From Zancudomyces culisetae HAW-14-8 (lineage: Eukaryota; Fungi; Kickxellomycota), in contig JBNJNM010000011.1 in the NCBI GenBank assembly GCA_052426225.1, positions 4,216,001 to 4,280,000 of the forward strand: a stretch of 64,000 nt of DNA, given 5' to 3'. This document shows positions 1-11,797 of this stretch, in pieces. Every line of letters starts with the position of its first letter. The first letter of the stretch is position 1. The notes under the pieces were generated by a model. It saw only the letters and a list, made by a program, of their open reading frames with translations. It was not told where the DNA came from and made no database searches. Position numbers and translations under genes: made by a program.

Positions 1-1
1 C

Positions 2-910
2 GGTCCTGTGGATGTCGACGTCTCCTCGAGTCCCTCTGAACCTCTCGCAAGTACAGCCAGCAACTCTACAAACGCTAACCAGAACGATAACCAAGATCAA
101 GATGATCAAGATGATTCCGATGTTGAGCTGGCCAAAATAGTTAAACTACAACCCAAATCAAAGACACAATCTACTGTCGCAACTGATTCAGATCCATCTC
201 TTTTGGATACTGCCAATGCTACTAGCAATGGTAAGGACAAAGAAAAGGCTAAGGGAAAAAGAGGAAGAAAGAAGAAGGACACTACTACTACTACTACTAC
301 TACTACAGCTGCTCACAATCAGCATGACGAAGATGCACATACTGCTGAAGGAAATACCATTCCAGCTCATTCAAACGAACCGATAATTCCTCAAAAACGC
401 AATTTGCGATCCAGAACTTTAAGAGCCCGTAACGAACAAGAACAGCTTGATAAACTTCTCTTTGACAGCAATCCTGCCGCAAACGTTGAAACTAACGCCA
501 AGATATCTCTTGATACTCCTGACACTACAAACACGTCAACAAATACTAGCACTGGTATCGATGCTTCTATCATGGATAAATACAAAGACATGGTTGACCC
601 GAATACCATCCGCCAGATCTTTGATGGTGCAAACGTTGTTTCTGATTTCGACAAATTCAAAATTCTTGATTTTTTGTCTGGTAAGCTAAACAGACCAGCC
701 TCTTCACAACAGTCCACCAGTGGTTCTAATGATGCAGACAGCGGACCAGTCGACATTGTCTTGAAGAAATCTGAATCTCCCGATTCCGAATCTTCTAACA
801 AGATCATCATTGAACAAGTTATTTTCCACATGAATGTTGGTACTGGTGAGTGGAAAATGATGAAGAAGCGTGTAAAGAAAAAGAAACCTGCCGCTTCAAA
901 TCCTTCATAA
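2..910 (+). CDS. 3' part of a NELF-A (WHSC2)-like protein: disordered linker plus conserved C-terminal domain; 5' end lies outside the window
   Basis: The frame is open from the window edge (the listed GTG is not a true start). The C-terminus IRQIFDGANVVSDFDKFKILDFLSG...VDIVLKKSE...IIEQVIFHMNVGTGEWKMMKK matches the recalled NELF-A C-terminus pattern (AQEMFKTANKVTRPEKALILGFMAG...IQIKLSE...LVDTVFEMNYATGQWTRFKK). Confidence 0.7.
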   Translation, partial: GPVDVDVSSSPSEPLASTASNSTNANQNDNQDQDDQDDSDVELAKIVKLQPKSKTQSTVATDSDPSLLDTANATSNGKDKEKAKGKRGRKKKDTTTTTTTTTAAHNQHDEDAHTAEGNTIPAHSNEPIIPQKRNLRSRTLRARNEQEQLDKLLFDSNPAANVETNAKISLDTPDTTNTSTNTSTGIDASIMDKYKDMVDPNTIRQIFDGANVVSDFDKFKILDFLSGKLNRPASSQQSTSGSNDADSGPVDIVLKKSESPDSESSNKIIIEQVIFHMNVGTGEWKMMKKRVKKKKPAASNPS

Positions 911-1688
911 ACATTCATTTACAAGAAAATGTTGATATTTTTTTTTCCTTCTTTTTTTGTATACATCATTGCTTTTTTTTTTCCTTTTACTACTTATTAG
1001 CCTTTTTTTTTCTTTATCCTGTACTTTATACCAAGTTTTTTATTTATTTATTTATCAATGACTACCTAAATATTCTCGCTACCCTTTTTGTCTGTTGGTT
1101 AATATCTACAATTTATATAAAACACTTTGCAATAAAAATAATAATAAAAGTATACTATTTGGATAATTACATTTTGTTACTACCATACATGTTCCATTCT
1201 GTATTATATCTTTAAACTTTACTTTTTACTTGTTGCTTAAATATAACTACATGCTTACAGTTTGCTCCCCTTACTCTCCCACCCTCTCCCACCCTCTCAC
1301 TTCTCCACCTGGTATTCTCAGATCAATTTATAAGTTCGGCTTTAATTTAATTTTTTTATTTGTTTACACATTTTGCTTGAATGATAGCTTACCAAATATA
1401 ACAAATATTCAAAATCCTGATTTGATCATATATTTATTCGTTCTATACAAAAATAAATTACATCTAGTACTTCAGCATTGGTGAATATATTGCGGCTGTA
1501 CACTTGTACATTTCCATTAGAAATATTTATTCAAAACATTTTTTTTCTCTCTCTTTCTCTCTTCTTCTCTCCCTCCCTCCCTCTTCCTGTTTTTAACAGT
1601 AACAACTTTAATATAAAAAGTGTATATACGAAACTCTATGGACGGATAGTAAAAGTTGAAAGAAATGCAGTACAAATAAAATGAAAAT

Positions 1689-4366
1689 ATGAAACTAGGA
1701 ACCACAGAAATGTCTCTTTATGCAGTCGATAATGACGACAAAGATAGAAATAGCAGTACCGATATTGGTGGTAGGTGTACACCAGGTACTTCATACAAAC
1801 ATAGCGTAAACGTAAACGTAAACGACAATGGCAACAGCCACAGCTGTCAAAAATGTTTATATACTATCCCCTTTCACTTGCTTGTATCTATATATTTAAT
1901 GTCTGAGAATAGCCAAGTAGGTATAGTATCCAAACTGTTATACCAAGCATCAAAAAACTGGAATTTAACTTTAAAATTTCTTGTACACAATTTTGGAATA
2001 CAACAAAACCAACTTCTCAGCTCTCAAGACGAGGATGACAACGATAACGATAATGGTAATGGTAATGGTAATACCAGCACTGTTTCTATTCAAGATACCA
2101 ACTCAAAAACATCCAAAAGCTCTTCACATACATTGGATCTACTTACAAATATCAAGGTATTTGCGAGAAATAACCATAATAACAGTGAGTTCTATCTCAA
2201 ATATCTAAAAGATAAAGATATGTTTGTCTCGCTGGTATCCTCTGATTGTATACGTACCAATTATGTGAATGCTCTCGAAATTGCCCTGCGGTTTCGACAT
2301 GAGAACCTAGCCACACAATTATTGGAAATGTATTACGTAGTAGAAAATACCGGAAATGCCACCCGAAACCCCAATGACGACGTAGACAGTTTTACCAATG
2401 GTGCGGATAACGTATATTGTCATTTTATTCTTAAGAAAACTGAGACTTGTAAGTCTTATGACCATCAGAATATTCAAAACAATCCTACTCTTGAAAATTT
2501 TGCTGGTGAACACGTAGAATCAGTTTTGAATCTAAACCCAAACCCAAACCTGTGCTCGAACCCGAGCCCGAGCCCGAGCTTGAACCTGGATTTGGATTTA
2601 GACATAATTTCAAATTTAGAATCACAGAAAAATCATATACCAGCCCATGCTTACACTTATAGACATCAACGTCAATTTCTCACACAAACCCACTCACTTT
2701 ACATGTTGGTTGATAGATTCACGCTGAAACTAATGTTTTCATTCACTGAACTTCTAAAAGCCAGCAACAACACCAATACCAACACCAGTGTCGATATAGC
2801 GACAGACAAAGCTTATGAACACCTATTCATTCCATCACCGAAAATGTGCTTGTATATTTTTACCTTACTTTACGGCTTGCGGAACAAAATTATATCCTTT
2901 AAATTTCATAAAAAACTACAACATGCACATTTTTCTTCAACTTCAACTCCGACTGCAAGTACAAGCACAACTACAGTATTAGACATGAAAAAATATCGTA
3001 ATCTAAAGTTTTACACCTCGTTATTTGATGTTCTGCTACGATTCGCTTGTTATTTACCTGGGTACTTGGAATTCCTCAAAACGGTGTATATGTCATTGGA
3101 CGATGATAATTGTTTTTTTACAATTGATCATTTCAAAACCGCATGCATTCGCTTTTTAATCAGTACAGGGTTAGGCCATCTACTTTCAGACCTGTCTATC
3201 TTCAAAAACTTAAATATCGATATACCAGGCAGAATAGTCAATACTAGCTCCAACACTATTGATACAAACTATTCACAAGAGCTATATGTCTCGAGTGTCG
3301 TTGGAAACTCTCAAAGCAGAGACAACAGTCTAACAGCAAAAGACATTGTTTTTTCATTAATGCTGTTGTATCTAAACTGGGAAGCGAATAAAGATATAGT
3401 AAACTTTCTACAACATCAAATTCATGATAATTACCTATTATTAGATAATCCAGTAGCAATTCTGGAACTATTCATTGCTTTGGCTGTGGAAAATTCGGAT
3501 ATCGACACGCTAACTAAACTTTTACCACTATACACATACAATGTAGCTCAGTGTTCTGGTAGCAAGCAGAATTGTAGTTATACGAACCCAAAATTTAGTG
3601 ATTCATTCAACAGGTGCTTAATAAACATATGTGCTAAGTTGATCAGCAATATTTCCCCTTCCTCAATGAAACCTCCAGCAAATTCACAACCACACTTTTG
3701 TGATGATGGCACTAAAAAGATTGTTTTGTTAGTAGATCTACTACTTCAATATGGTCTTAATACATCAAATATCGGATACAATTTATTGAATGCAGCCGTA
3801 TTGAGAAGCAATTATGTGTGTATCAGATATCTGCTTGGAGAATCAACAAGGTACAAAGTTATAATTGAAGAAAAACAAAAAACATTATATATATCAGATA
3901 ATACATATGAGATATCCTATACCTACTAACTAGATTGAGTGATAATAATAGCCTTATAATAGAAACGCTCAAGTTATACAGCAGAACTGCAGTGGTAGAT
4001 ATAAAAAACACCGAGCATAATGGACTCCAGGTAGCCTCCGAATTATCCAACTTTAACAAAGATATGATTTTATTCTTGCTTCACCGTGGTGCAGATCCAA
4101 GTACAAATAATCACCAGGTGCTAATCAACGCAATAAGAAGAGAATGTTATGTGGTCCTGGACCACTTGCTTGGGGAAGCTACTACCACGCTCAATCTAGA
4201 CAGCAAGGGTTGTAGTAGGTGTGATACATCCACAAGACCTTATTCCTCTTCTCATCATAGCTACAGTCACACTTTGTCTCAACATACTGGAATTAAAGCT
4301 GCCATAAGTTACCTACAAACCCCAGACAAAATGATACGATACTTATCTGCGAAAGATTTGGTTTAG
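1689..4366 (+). CDS. F-box-like / ankyrin-repeat protein, 2 exons (1689-3850, 3934-4366)
   Basis: An intron at 3851-3933 (GTACAA...TACTAAC-TAG) joins the 746-aa and 143-aa ORFs in frame (AG|A TTG). N-terminal LYTIPFHLLVSIYLMSENSQVGIVSKLLY is F-box-like. C-terminal LLNAAVLRSNYVCIRYLL, GLQVASELSNFNKDMILFLLHRGADP and VLINAIRRECYVVLDHLL are ankyrin-like. Confidence 0.7.
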
Positions 4367-4660
4367 GATCACTTTTTTTTTCGTTTTCTTTAACCATATG
4401 ACAATAAAACTTTTTCAAGAATAAAATGAAAAAAAAGCGACCTTAATACTTTCACTCTTTATTAGTAAAAACTGTATCACAATGAACAAAGCTCACTTAG
4501 CAAACACAGGAAAGGAAATAAAAATCCAACTTCGCTTTGCTAAGCCCAAAAAACCTTTTCAAGTGATACACACACTTGTATAATGAGAAAAACACTAAAG
4601 ACTAAGCTATTACTAAGGATAGAAATTAAAATAACACCAAGCCAAGCGAAGCAAACGGGC

Positions 4661-5881
4661 TCACTCTTCATCAGAGTCAGTTTCGGATTCTGCTTCCTTT
4701 AGCCACTGTATAAACTTTTCGGCCTGTTGTTGAACCTTTGCAGATGTCTCTCTGCTGCTCACGTATTTCTTGCTTGGCTTCTTCTCGGCCCAAGTAAGGA
4801 AGGCCTCCTCGTCGACAATATCGGCGTCGTACAGGGCCTTAAATACAACTGAGGTTCTGGGGAGAAGCGTTTCTGGATGCATTTCACCCAAGAATCGTTC
4901 AAACCCGCCAATAATCGCACGCTGGTGCTTTTCAGAGTCACCAAACGATCTCAACAAAGTTGCGTTGCTCTCATCGTTCAACTGTTTGATGAGATCTTTT
5001 TCTTTGAAGTAGCATAGGACAATAACAACTAATGCACGATGCTTCTTTGAGAGACCAAGCTGTTTGGCCTTGGAAAAGACATCTTTGGCAGAAGGATTCT
5101 CAGATGCGATGTAGTCGGCCAACTGGTCATAAGGGTCGTCACCGCCATCACCATTCTCGAAATCATCCTCACCCTCTGCTCCAAGACCATTGCCCATCCC
5201 GTGAGATATCAATGTACCACCAAGTGCTCTTTGTCTTGCAGCAATGGCTTCCTTTGAAAAATCTGCATCTATATCCCAGCCTGAGTCGCCACCATCACCG
5301 TTACTTATCTTCAAGTTGGCGGTTTCGCGGGCTACACGATCAAATTCCTCATCCTCAGAGTTCTGCAAACTACCATTGACGCTGTTGGGCATTGCACCGC
5401 TTGATGTATCATTGCTGGCATGCTGTCCGCCCTTCTTTACCTTGGGTGGTGGGTTCTTTAAGATGTATGTGCTTAGTCTATGCCTCATATCAACTTCGGT
5501 TCTCTTACCACATGCCATACACACGCGATAAATGCCTGAGTCCTTGAGTACTAGATCAGTTTCTGGGTTCTTGCAGTTTCCACATAAAACAAACTTCTCA
5601 ATAAAACCATCCAACAAGGTTTGCAGTTTTTCTTCTTCATGCACTCCATTCACAATATATCTCTCGTTTTTGTCCTCTATTTTCACTTGTGCTCCGAGTT
5701 CGCTTCCAAAATACTTGGTTGGATACGCGGGTGGTCTTGACAGCGCTCTGCTAATCTCGCTCATGTTTACTATAACTGTCTTGATACCATTTCCTTTTCC
5801 TTCGATCTTGCCAATAATTTTTGGCATCTTGTATCGGTAGAATGCGTCCTGGACGTCTCTGCGTATGTTTACCAAAGTCAT
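4661..5881 (-). CDS. TIF5: Eukaryotic translation initiation factor 5
   Basis: DAFYRYKMP, KIEGKGNGIKT, zinc ribbon FVLCGNCKNPET...CMACG, and a C-terminal W2 domain with LYDADIVDEEAFLTW and FIQWLKEAE. The main ATG is in strong context (ACAAAATGA). Confidence 0.97.
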   Translation of the reverse strand: MTLVNIRRDVQDAFYRYKMPKIIGKIEGKGNGIKTVIVNMSEISRALSRPPAYPTKYFGSELGAQVKIEDKNERYIVNGVHEEEKLQTLLDGFIEKFVLCGNCKNPETDLVLKDSGIYRVCMACGKRTEVDMRHRLSTYILKNPPPKVKKGGQHASNDTSSGAMPNSVNGSLQNSEDEEFDRVARETANLKISNGDGGDSGWDIDADFSKEAIAARQRALGGTLISHGMGNGLGAEGEDDFENGDGGDDPYDQLADYIASENPSAKDVFSKAKQLGLSKKHRALVVIVLCYFKEKDLIKQLNDESNATLLRSFGDSEKHQRAIIGGFERFLGEMHPETLLPRTSVVFKALYDADIVDEEAFLTWAEKKPSKKYVSSRETSAKVQQQAEKFIQWLKEAESETDSDEE

Positions 5882-5976
5882 TTTGTTTCCTGTTCACTCT
5901 TAAATTCTTTTTTTCTGTTATTCTGCTATACCCTTTCCAAGTATTCGTTGTACTCTTTTGTATAAAATGACAATCA

Positions 5977-6310
5977 CTATTTTTGGATTTTGGTCATGAA
6001 CTCGTTTGATTCAACCCTATTAGAACTGCTTGATATATTTGTGTTTAGGTTCTCGATACATTAGCCTGAACCAGAAGGACAGTGCAATTTTTCTTTTTCC
6101 TGTTTTTTATTTGTACCAAGTTGTTGTTTTCCCGTTTCTTTTCTTTTGCGCCGTTGCTTAGAAAAGAATTGTCCTTCACTCCCTTGATCCTTACTATAAT
6201 AATTGAATTACACTAAAAAGATATATGCATTTGCTTTAGATTTTCACTTTTTTTCCTTTGTACTGTATGTAAATATCCCTAGTATATTTTCTACTTTTTG
6301 ACTTCAACAT
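5977..6310 (-). promoter_or_regulatory. Cluster of four uORFs in the putative eIF5 5' leader (6310-6236, 6230-6213, 6061-6020, 5997-5977), all with a pyrimidine at -3
   Basis: Minus-strand contexts are GAGTTC-ATG-T, AAGCAA-ATG-C, AGGCTA-ATG-T and GAGTTC-ATG-A. Poor-context uORFs are a known feature of eIF5 mRNAs. The transcription start site is not known. Confidence 0.7.
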
Positions 6311-8166
6311 GAACTCCAATTTTTTCCCAATTTTTTCCTTTTAAAGCGTATTGTCGCTCTTATTTTCCTGTCACGCTATACTGTACTTGAGATAAAGTCT
6401 TGCTTTTTATCCTCTGCAAATGAAGATTTGCCGATTACTTCTACTCTTAAATTTTTTTTTAGAGAGTTTAAGGTTTAGTTTAGAAAAAGTTTTCCGGTTT
6501 TCTTTTCCCTTTTGATGGTAGAAAATTATATTTATAGCAAAATAAAAATAAAAATAAAACCTCCTAGAATTTTATCAATTTTGCAAAGCTAATGAAAAAA
6601 TTTTTTCTCCCTTTGTTCCATTTTATTTCACTTTTTCATTTTATTATTTTTCTGCTTTTGCTACCTTTTTTTATGGACTGGTTCTAATTCCCATTCGAAG
6701 ATTCCAAATGTTTCGTTTATTAAGACCGTTTACGTTATTTGCCTTTTTTCATTCAATTTCCAATACCAATTACAATAATGCACTTTTTTTTGGGAAAAAA
6801 AAGGGGGAGAAACTAAAAGGCTTGGCCAACTTTACGTTTTAAACAACAAAAAGCTGGAAAAGGAAGGGGGAAAGAGTAAGGAATATATGAAAGTATATTA
6901 TCAATATTTCTGTTCATGAGCACATCACGTTAACAGAACCCTCTCATACAGCTCCCTACCCGGTAGACCCAGTGAGGGGAGAAAAAGGATAAAGTCACCA
7001 GAGCACTTACAAAAGAATTTGACACCTTTAGTGTGGGTTTACCTAATCTCTAGGTATCTATTTGCTGGAAAAAATTCACTCCACTAACTATTATGTAATT
7101 TTATGGAGTCTCACTTTCTCTGTTTAATGGTCTTGAAAAAAAATCACACAGCTTGTTTATGGTGAAAAAAGTCAGCTAATTAAGTATTAGCCTCCCCTCT
7201 CTTCCTGAGAATGCTGGCAGAGCCTCTACTCATTCCTCAGCTGGTATACGGTTTTTTTTGTATCTCACTTCACCTCACGATATTAGTCATTTGTTTCTAC
7301 AACGCCTCGTTGTCCCAGATTAAATGGGCCATAGCAGGGGATGATAATATTAAGATGCGCATTTTTGATTTATTTTAAGAACATGGTGCAAAATCAAAAA
7401 TGGATGGTAGGCTTTATGCTTAAATACTTGGACAAGCTATATTTTTGTGTATTCTAGCACAATCCCTGTATACATAAACAAAACAGTTTTCCCAATCATT
7501 TCTTTTTTTCAGTTTCTAGTCTCATCTAAACAAACAAACGAAAGGAGTTCAAGCTTAGAAATTGTCCTTGAAAAAAAAAAACAAGGTATAGATAACACAC
7601 GGGTGGTACAAAGGCATAAGTAAAGAACCGACCAGATCCAGTATCCTCTCCTCTTGAGTCCTACTTGTATAAGCAACAACAAAAACTAAGGTTTTCGCAC
7701 CACGACCAGAGAATAAACTACATAGCATTTGTTATTTTCTTCAACAAAGGTAGTCTGCGTCTGCGCAAGGAATACACTGAATTAGGTCATATTCTTTTCA
7801 TCACGGTTGTCAAGTAAGAGAGAAAAGCCATACCACGACCCCATTATATTTGTAGTTGAATGAAAACCACAAACGATAAACCAAAAAAAAAAAAACTTGG
7901 CAATTTACTGAATTATTAAAAACACGTCACTGTCCACTCATCCACCCACCTGCTTTTTTTTGTCTCAAAATTGGTTAGTTGCATCTCTTGTTACTACTAA
8001 TACCATACATCATACATCTTTAACTTCCTTGCACCTTGGCATACCTTTATCTGCAAAATAAAAAATAACATTTCCTGTTTACATTCTAGTTTTTATTCGA
8101 TAGCATACGTGTGTGATTTACATTTGAAACAGAATAAGCAATCCTCAGTTAAACTTAGAACACATG

Positions 8167-9897
8167 CTATTCCATATACGAATCTGCAAATCCTCTGTAT
8201 CTTATCTCATTTTCTTTGTGGTGGTGGGATTTGGGTGTTTGTCGGTGAACTGAGGATTCAGATGTGGGAATGTAACGCGAGTGCATATTACTATAATTTG
8301 TATGATACCTGTAATTGTAGTAATTGTTGTTGTTGTTGTTGTTGTTGTTGTTATAACCACGAGTATTGCTAGTATCAAAAGTTTCGTCTAAATAGTTGAA
8401 AGTGCTTCTAGTACCACGATTTTCGTATAAGGTTGGTAGTGTAGGGATTTCGCTCTGAAAAGGCTTTTGGTTACTAAAAATTTGGGCTGGTGAAATCAAT
8501 AATGAGTCCTGAGGGATCCCAGGAGGGTATTGGTTAAGGGTGTATGGAAATACCAAGCTATGCAGAGGTTGTGGTAGAGCTCCTTCTGAGTTGGTATGCA
8601 TGGATGCGTCAAGATGATTGTTTGGTGCTGGGTTTGCGTTTAGATTTGGATTTAGATTTGAACTGAGGTTGCTATATTCATTTATATTGCTATCAGCAAA
8701 TACATTACTTTCAGCGTCTAATTGGGTTATACCACCTCCAATATTGTGATGGGCATTACCATTGTTATAAGAAAAAGTAGGATATACCGAGACACCACCC
8801 ACTTGGTCATATACAGGAACCTCTTCAAACACATTGGTATTCGGAGTTGAGTCTATGCAGTGATACCCACTAGCAGTAGGTCGTGAATACCGGTTATTAT
8901 TGCCAACTGTATTAAACCCGCTAAAGGATAGCATATGTCTATCATTGGCTATTGTGGTATTTTTGGTATCCCCTGTATGGTGACATAACCCCTCAAAGCT
9001 AACTTCAGATCTGGTTGGCCCTTTTGTAGATTGTTGGGATCTCCGTTTCTGTGTTCCTTGGACATTGGAATTGACACTAGCCTCAGCCATTCTTTTATAC
9101 TCTTCATCAGCGGCTATCATGTCCTGAATAGTATGGAACTGTATTGGCTCTACAGGTATGTTTTCAAAAAGCCTCTTGAAAAAGTATACATCATTACCTT
9201 GGGCAACTAAAGTGCTGAACTTGATGAACTCATCGTTTTGGTCTTTCAAACAATCCGGTCTTAAAAATAGCATTCGATAGTCAAACAAGCCAACACTTGC
9301 GTATACAGCAATGTACTGCGCTAAGGAACTAGCTTGCTCTGCACTATAGCCATAAATATTCTTTGAAAGTCCTGCTCCTCCACCCTTTGCGTATCCATCT
9401 AACAAAAGTGCATTGATATGGCGATCCTGTACCATTAAATAGTGTGTATCGATGGGATCCACCCCGTTTCCGTTTGTGAGCATTTTTAACTCATCAAATG
9501 ACATTGACTGTATCGGGTTTCTATTAATATACTTCCTGCCATACCTAGCGTCAAGCAGCTGCACTGTTTGTTCAAGGACCTTTCTATGCACAACCAACGA
9601 CTTTTCGTAATCTTCAAAGTATAAATTATTAGTACCTTTCTGTTTCCTGTATTTCAAGCATCTATTACACAAATTTGTCCATCTGTTTTTAACCAGTATT
9701 TCGGTAAAACCTGAATAGTTACAGTTTTTTTTAAAGTTTTTCCTATCGTCTGGGCTAGCATAGGAGTCATAGTTTTTAAGGTCAACATAAATAATACTAT
9801 ACCATCGGAAATATAAACTAAACTTAGATCTAGGCGCTTTTATCTCTTCTTCTTCATCCTGGGTGCTAGTTACAGGTGATCTACCGCTTTGATTCAT
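8167..9897 (-). CDS. Hypothetical protein, possible divergent HMG-box transcription factor with a low-complexity N/P/S-rich C-terminus
   Basis: 576-aa ATG-initiated ORF. KAPRSKFSLYF...SGFTEILVKNRWTNL loosely resembles HMG-box helices 1 and 2 (weak match). Confidence 0.6.
   Translation of the reverse strand: MNQSGRSPVTSTQDEEEEIKAPRSKFSLYFRWYSIIYVDLKNYDSYASPDDRKNFKKNCNYSGFTEILVKNRWTNLCNRCLKYRKQKGTNNLYFEDYEKSLVVHRKVLEQTVQLLDARYGRKYINRNPIQSMSFDELKMLTNGNGVDPIDTHYLMVQDRHINALLLDGYAKGGGAGLSKNIYGYSAEQASSLAQYIAVYASVGLFDYRMLFLRPDCLKDQNDEFIKFSTLVAQGNDVYFFKRLFENIPVEPIQFHTIQDMIAADEEYKRMAEASVNSNVQGTQKRRSQQSTKGPTRSEVSFEGLCHHTGDTKNTTIANDRHMLSFSGFNTVGNNNRYSRPTASGYHCIDSTPNTNVFEEVPVYDQVGGVSVYPTFSYNNGNAHHNIGGGITQLDAESNVFADSNINEYSNLSSNLNPNLNANPAPNNHLDASMHTNSEGALPQPLHSLVFPYTLNQYPPGIPQDSLLISPAQIFSNQKPFQSEIPTLPTLYENRGTRSTFNYLDETFDTSNTRGYNNNNNNNNNNYYNYRYHTNYSNMHSRYIPTSESSVHRQTPKSHHHKENEIRYRGFADSYME
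8324..8352. repeat. (TTG)n microsatellite encoding poly-Asn on the minus strand
   Basis: A run of about 9-10 TTG units is directly visible. Confidence 0.9.
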
Positions 9898-11797
9898 GGT
9901 TATGAGTACGTTCTTTTGTTTTCTTTTTTTAATTAATTAATCAATTTATTTATTTATTTCACCATTAAATTCTGTACACTCCCCCCCTCCCCCTTCTTCT
10001 TCTTTTTTTAAAATATTGGCGGTTTCGGCAATAATATATGCCAAAATAGAGTAGTCCCTTGTACCAATTTTATATCAGCTTTTCCACCTTTATGTTATTA
10101 TAATCTATGGGTTATGTTTACTCTGTCGAACCAGTTTGATGGTATTAAATACGTAGATTTGTAGTAAGTAGATTTTCCAAAGATAAACAATTTTTTGGGC
10201 TTTGTGGACAGGTTCGAAATAGATGCTTATATGCTTATTTTCATATAGCGTGGTTTTATCATTTTGAACGCAAACCCGGTTAAAAATATTGTCAGCCCTG
10301 AATTAGTTTATGTTGACAAAGTATAGGGAGCCCCATTTAATAGTCATTCAACTATACGACCCTCCGTTTTAGATAATGTTTATTGAATTCTGATGGGTCC
10401 TTTCCCCTCGAGAAAAAAAAATTAACTGGGTTTCTTTTGTGGCTTCTAATTTTTACGATGATTTATACTTTTTGTGTTTTTAAATCAAAAAATAAACGAA
10501 AAGATCCAAGTTTCTGGAGAAGAAGGGAGGTTGTGGACGAACCCGCTTAGCTAACTTCTAGGACTCTTATTAGTTGTAAACTAAATGAGTGGTAAAATTC
10601 AACCGAAATTGCGAGAAAAAAAACCAATATTTTTAATTGTATTAGGCAGGTCATTGATGGGCAGGTTGTTTGATCTTTTGTGATTTGCCTGAGTTGGTTG
10701 GTTCGATATTTTTTGCATTAAATCGTCTACGAATTAAAAGAAGGATTGCAGAAAGAGATGGATCGTAAATAGTTGGAAATTAAATTTTTTCTTTAGCTTG
10801 AAACACATATTCAACCTTAGAGCATCTTTACTTCTTATCTTACTGTTGAATATTCAGTTAAAATATGCTTGGAATCCACATATTTATTGAATGCAATTTT
10901 GTATGAAAAAAGTTTAACGTAACAGAAAAATGTCAACCTCAACTATTTATTTGTTTTTGTTACCACATGTCTGGTACAAAAATTTCCAGTGATTTTCTAG
11001 ATCCGCATTTATTCAACTTTTGTCAAGGGTAAGAAGGCAAGATAAACACGACGCAATTTTAAAAAGCAGGGTATGCAGCATAGACGGTCAGCTGGCTATC
11101 AAGACGCGTCTCCATATTTATATTGATCCGAATTGGTAGTTAATAACAACAACTAAATCCAAATTAACACAGATACCACTTTTTCTTATATTCGAAAAAA
11201 AATTACTGTTTTTGGAAAATGTGTAAACAGAAAACTGTAACGTATCAGATGACTATCACCTGGACTTGCACATAGGCCTGGGAATACCTTTTTTTTATTG
11301 GTATATGGAAATTAACACGCTCTTATCAAATACTGTTACATCATTAATACAAAGCTAAACAAAACCAGAAAAATTCAAGTACCACACTTGATTGCAAAAA
11401 AAAGTAACTCTGGTTACAAAGCATCAATACCATATTACCTGTTTGGTGCAGCTATGGTCTAAGTTATGGAAAAAAAAACCGATATATGTCCGTTTTAGAC
11501 CCATCACGTTACAATTCCATTTAGAATGCTCCAAAATATGCGAAAGTGCGAATAGTACAAAAAAAACTTGCTCAAAAAGAAAAGCACCGCATTAAGCAAA
11601 TAGGTGCAGCTTTGGTTATCGAGTAACATCCTAAGAGCAAAGTTAAGTCCAAGCAGATTTGATGACTTGGTAAAATTATTATGGTTGATTTTTTCTTGAT
11701 GAGCCTAATTTTACCTATTCTGGCTATACTAAAGTCGGGTGTAGTAGTTATTAGTGTTGTTTTGTTGAGATCATAAACTTTTTTTTAAATTATGTTT

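Noticed and set aside
10205-10225. GGTTCGAA tRNA B-box-like motif
   Set aside because: No cloverleaf stems or A-box around it.
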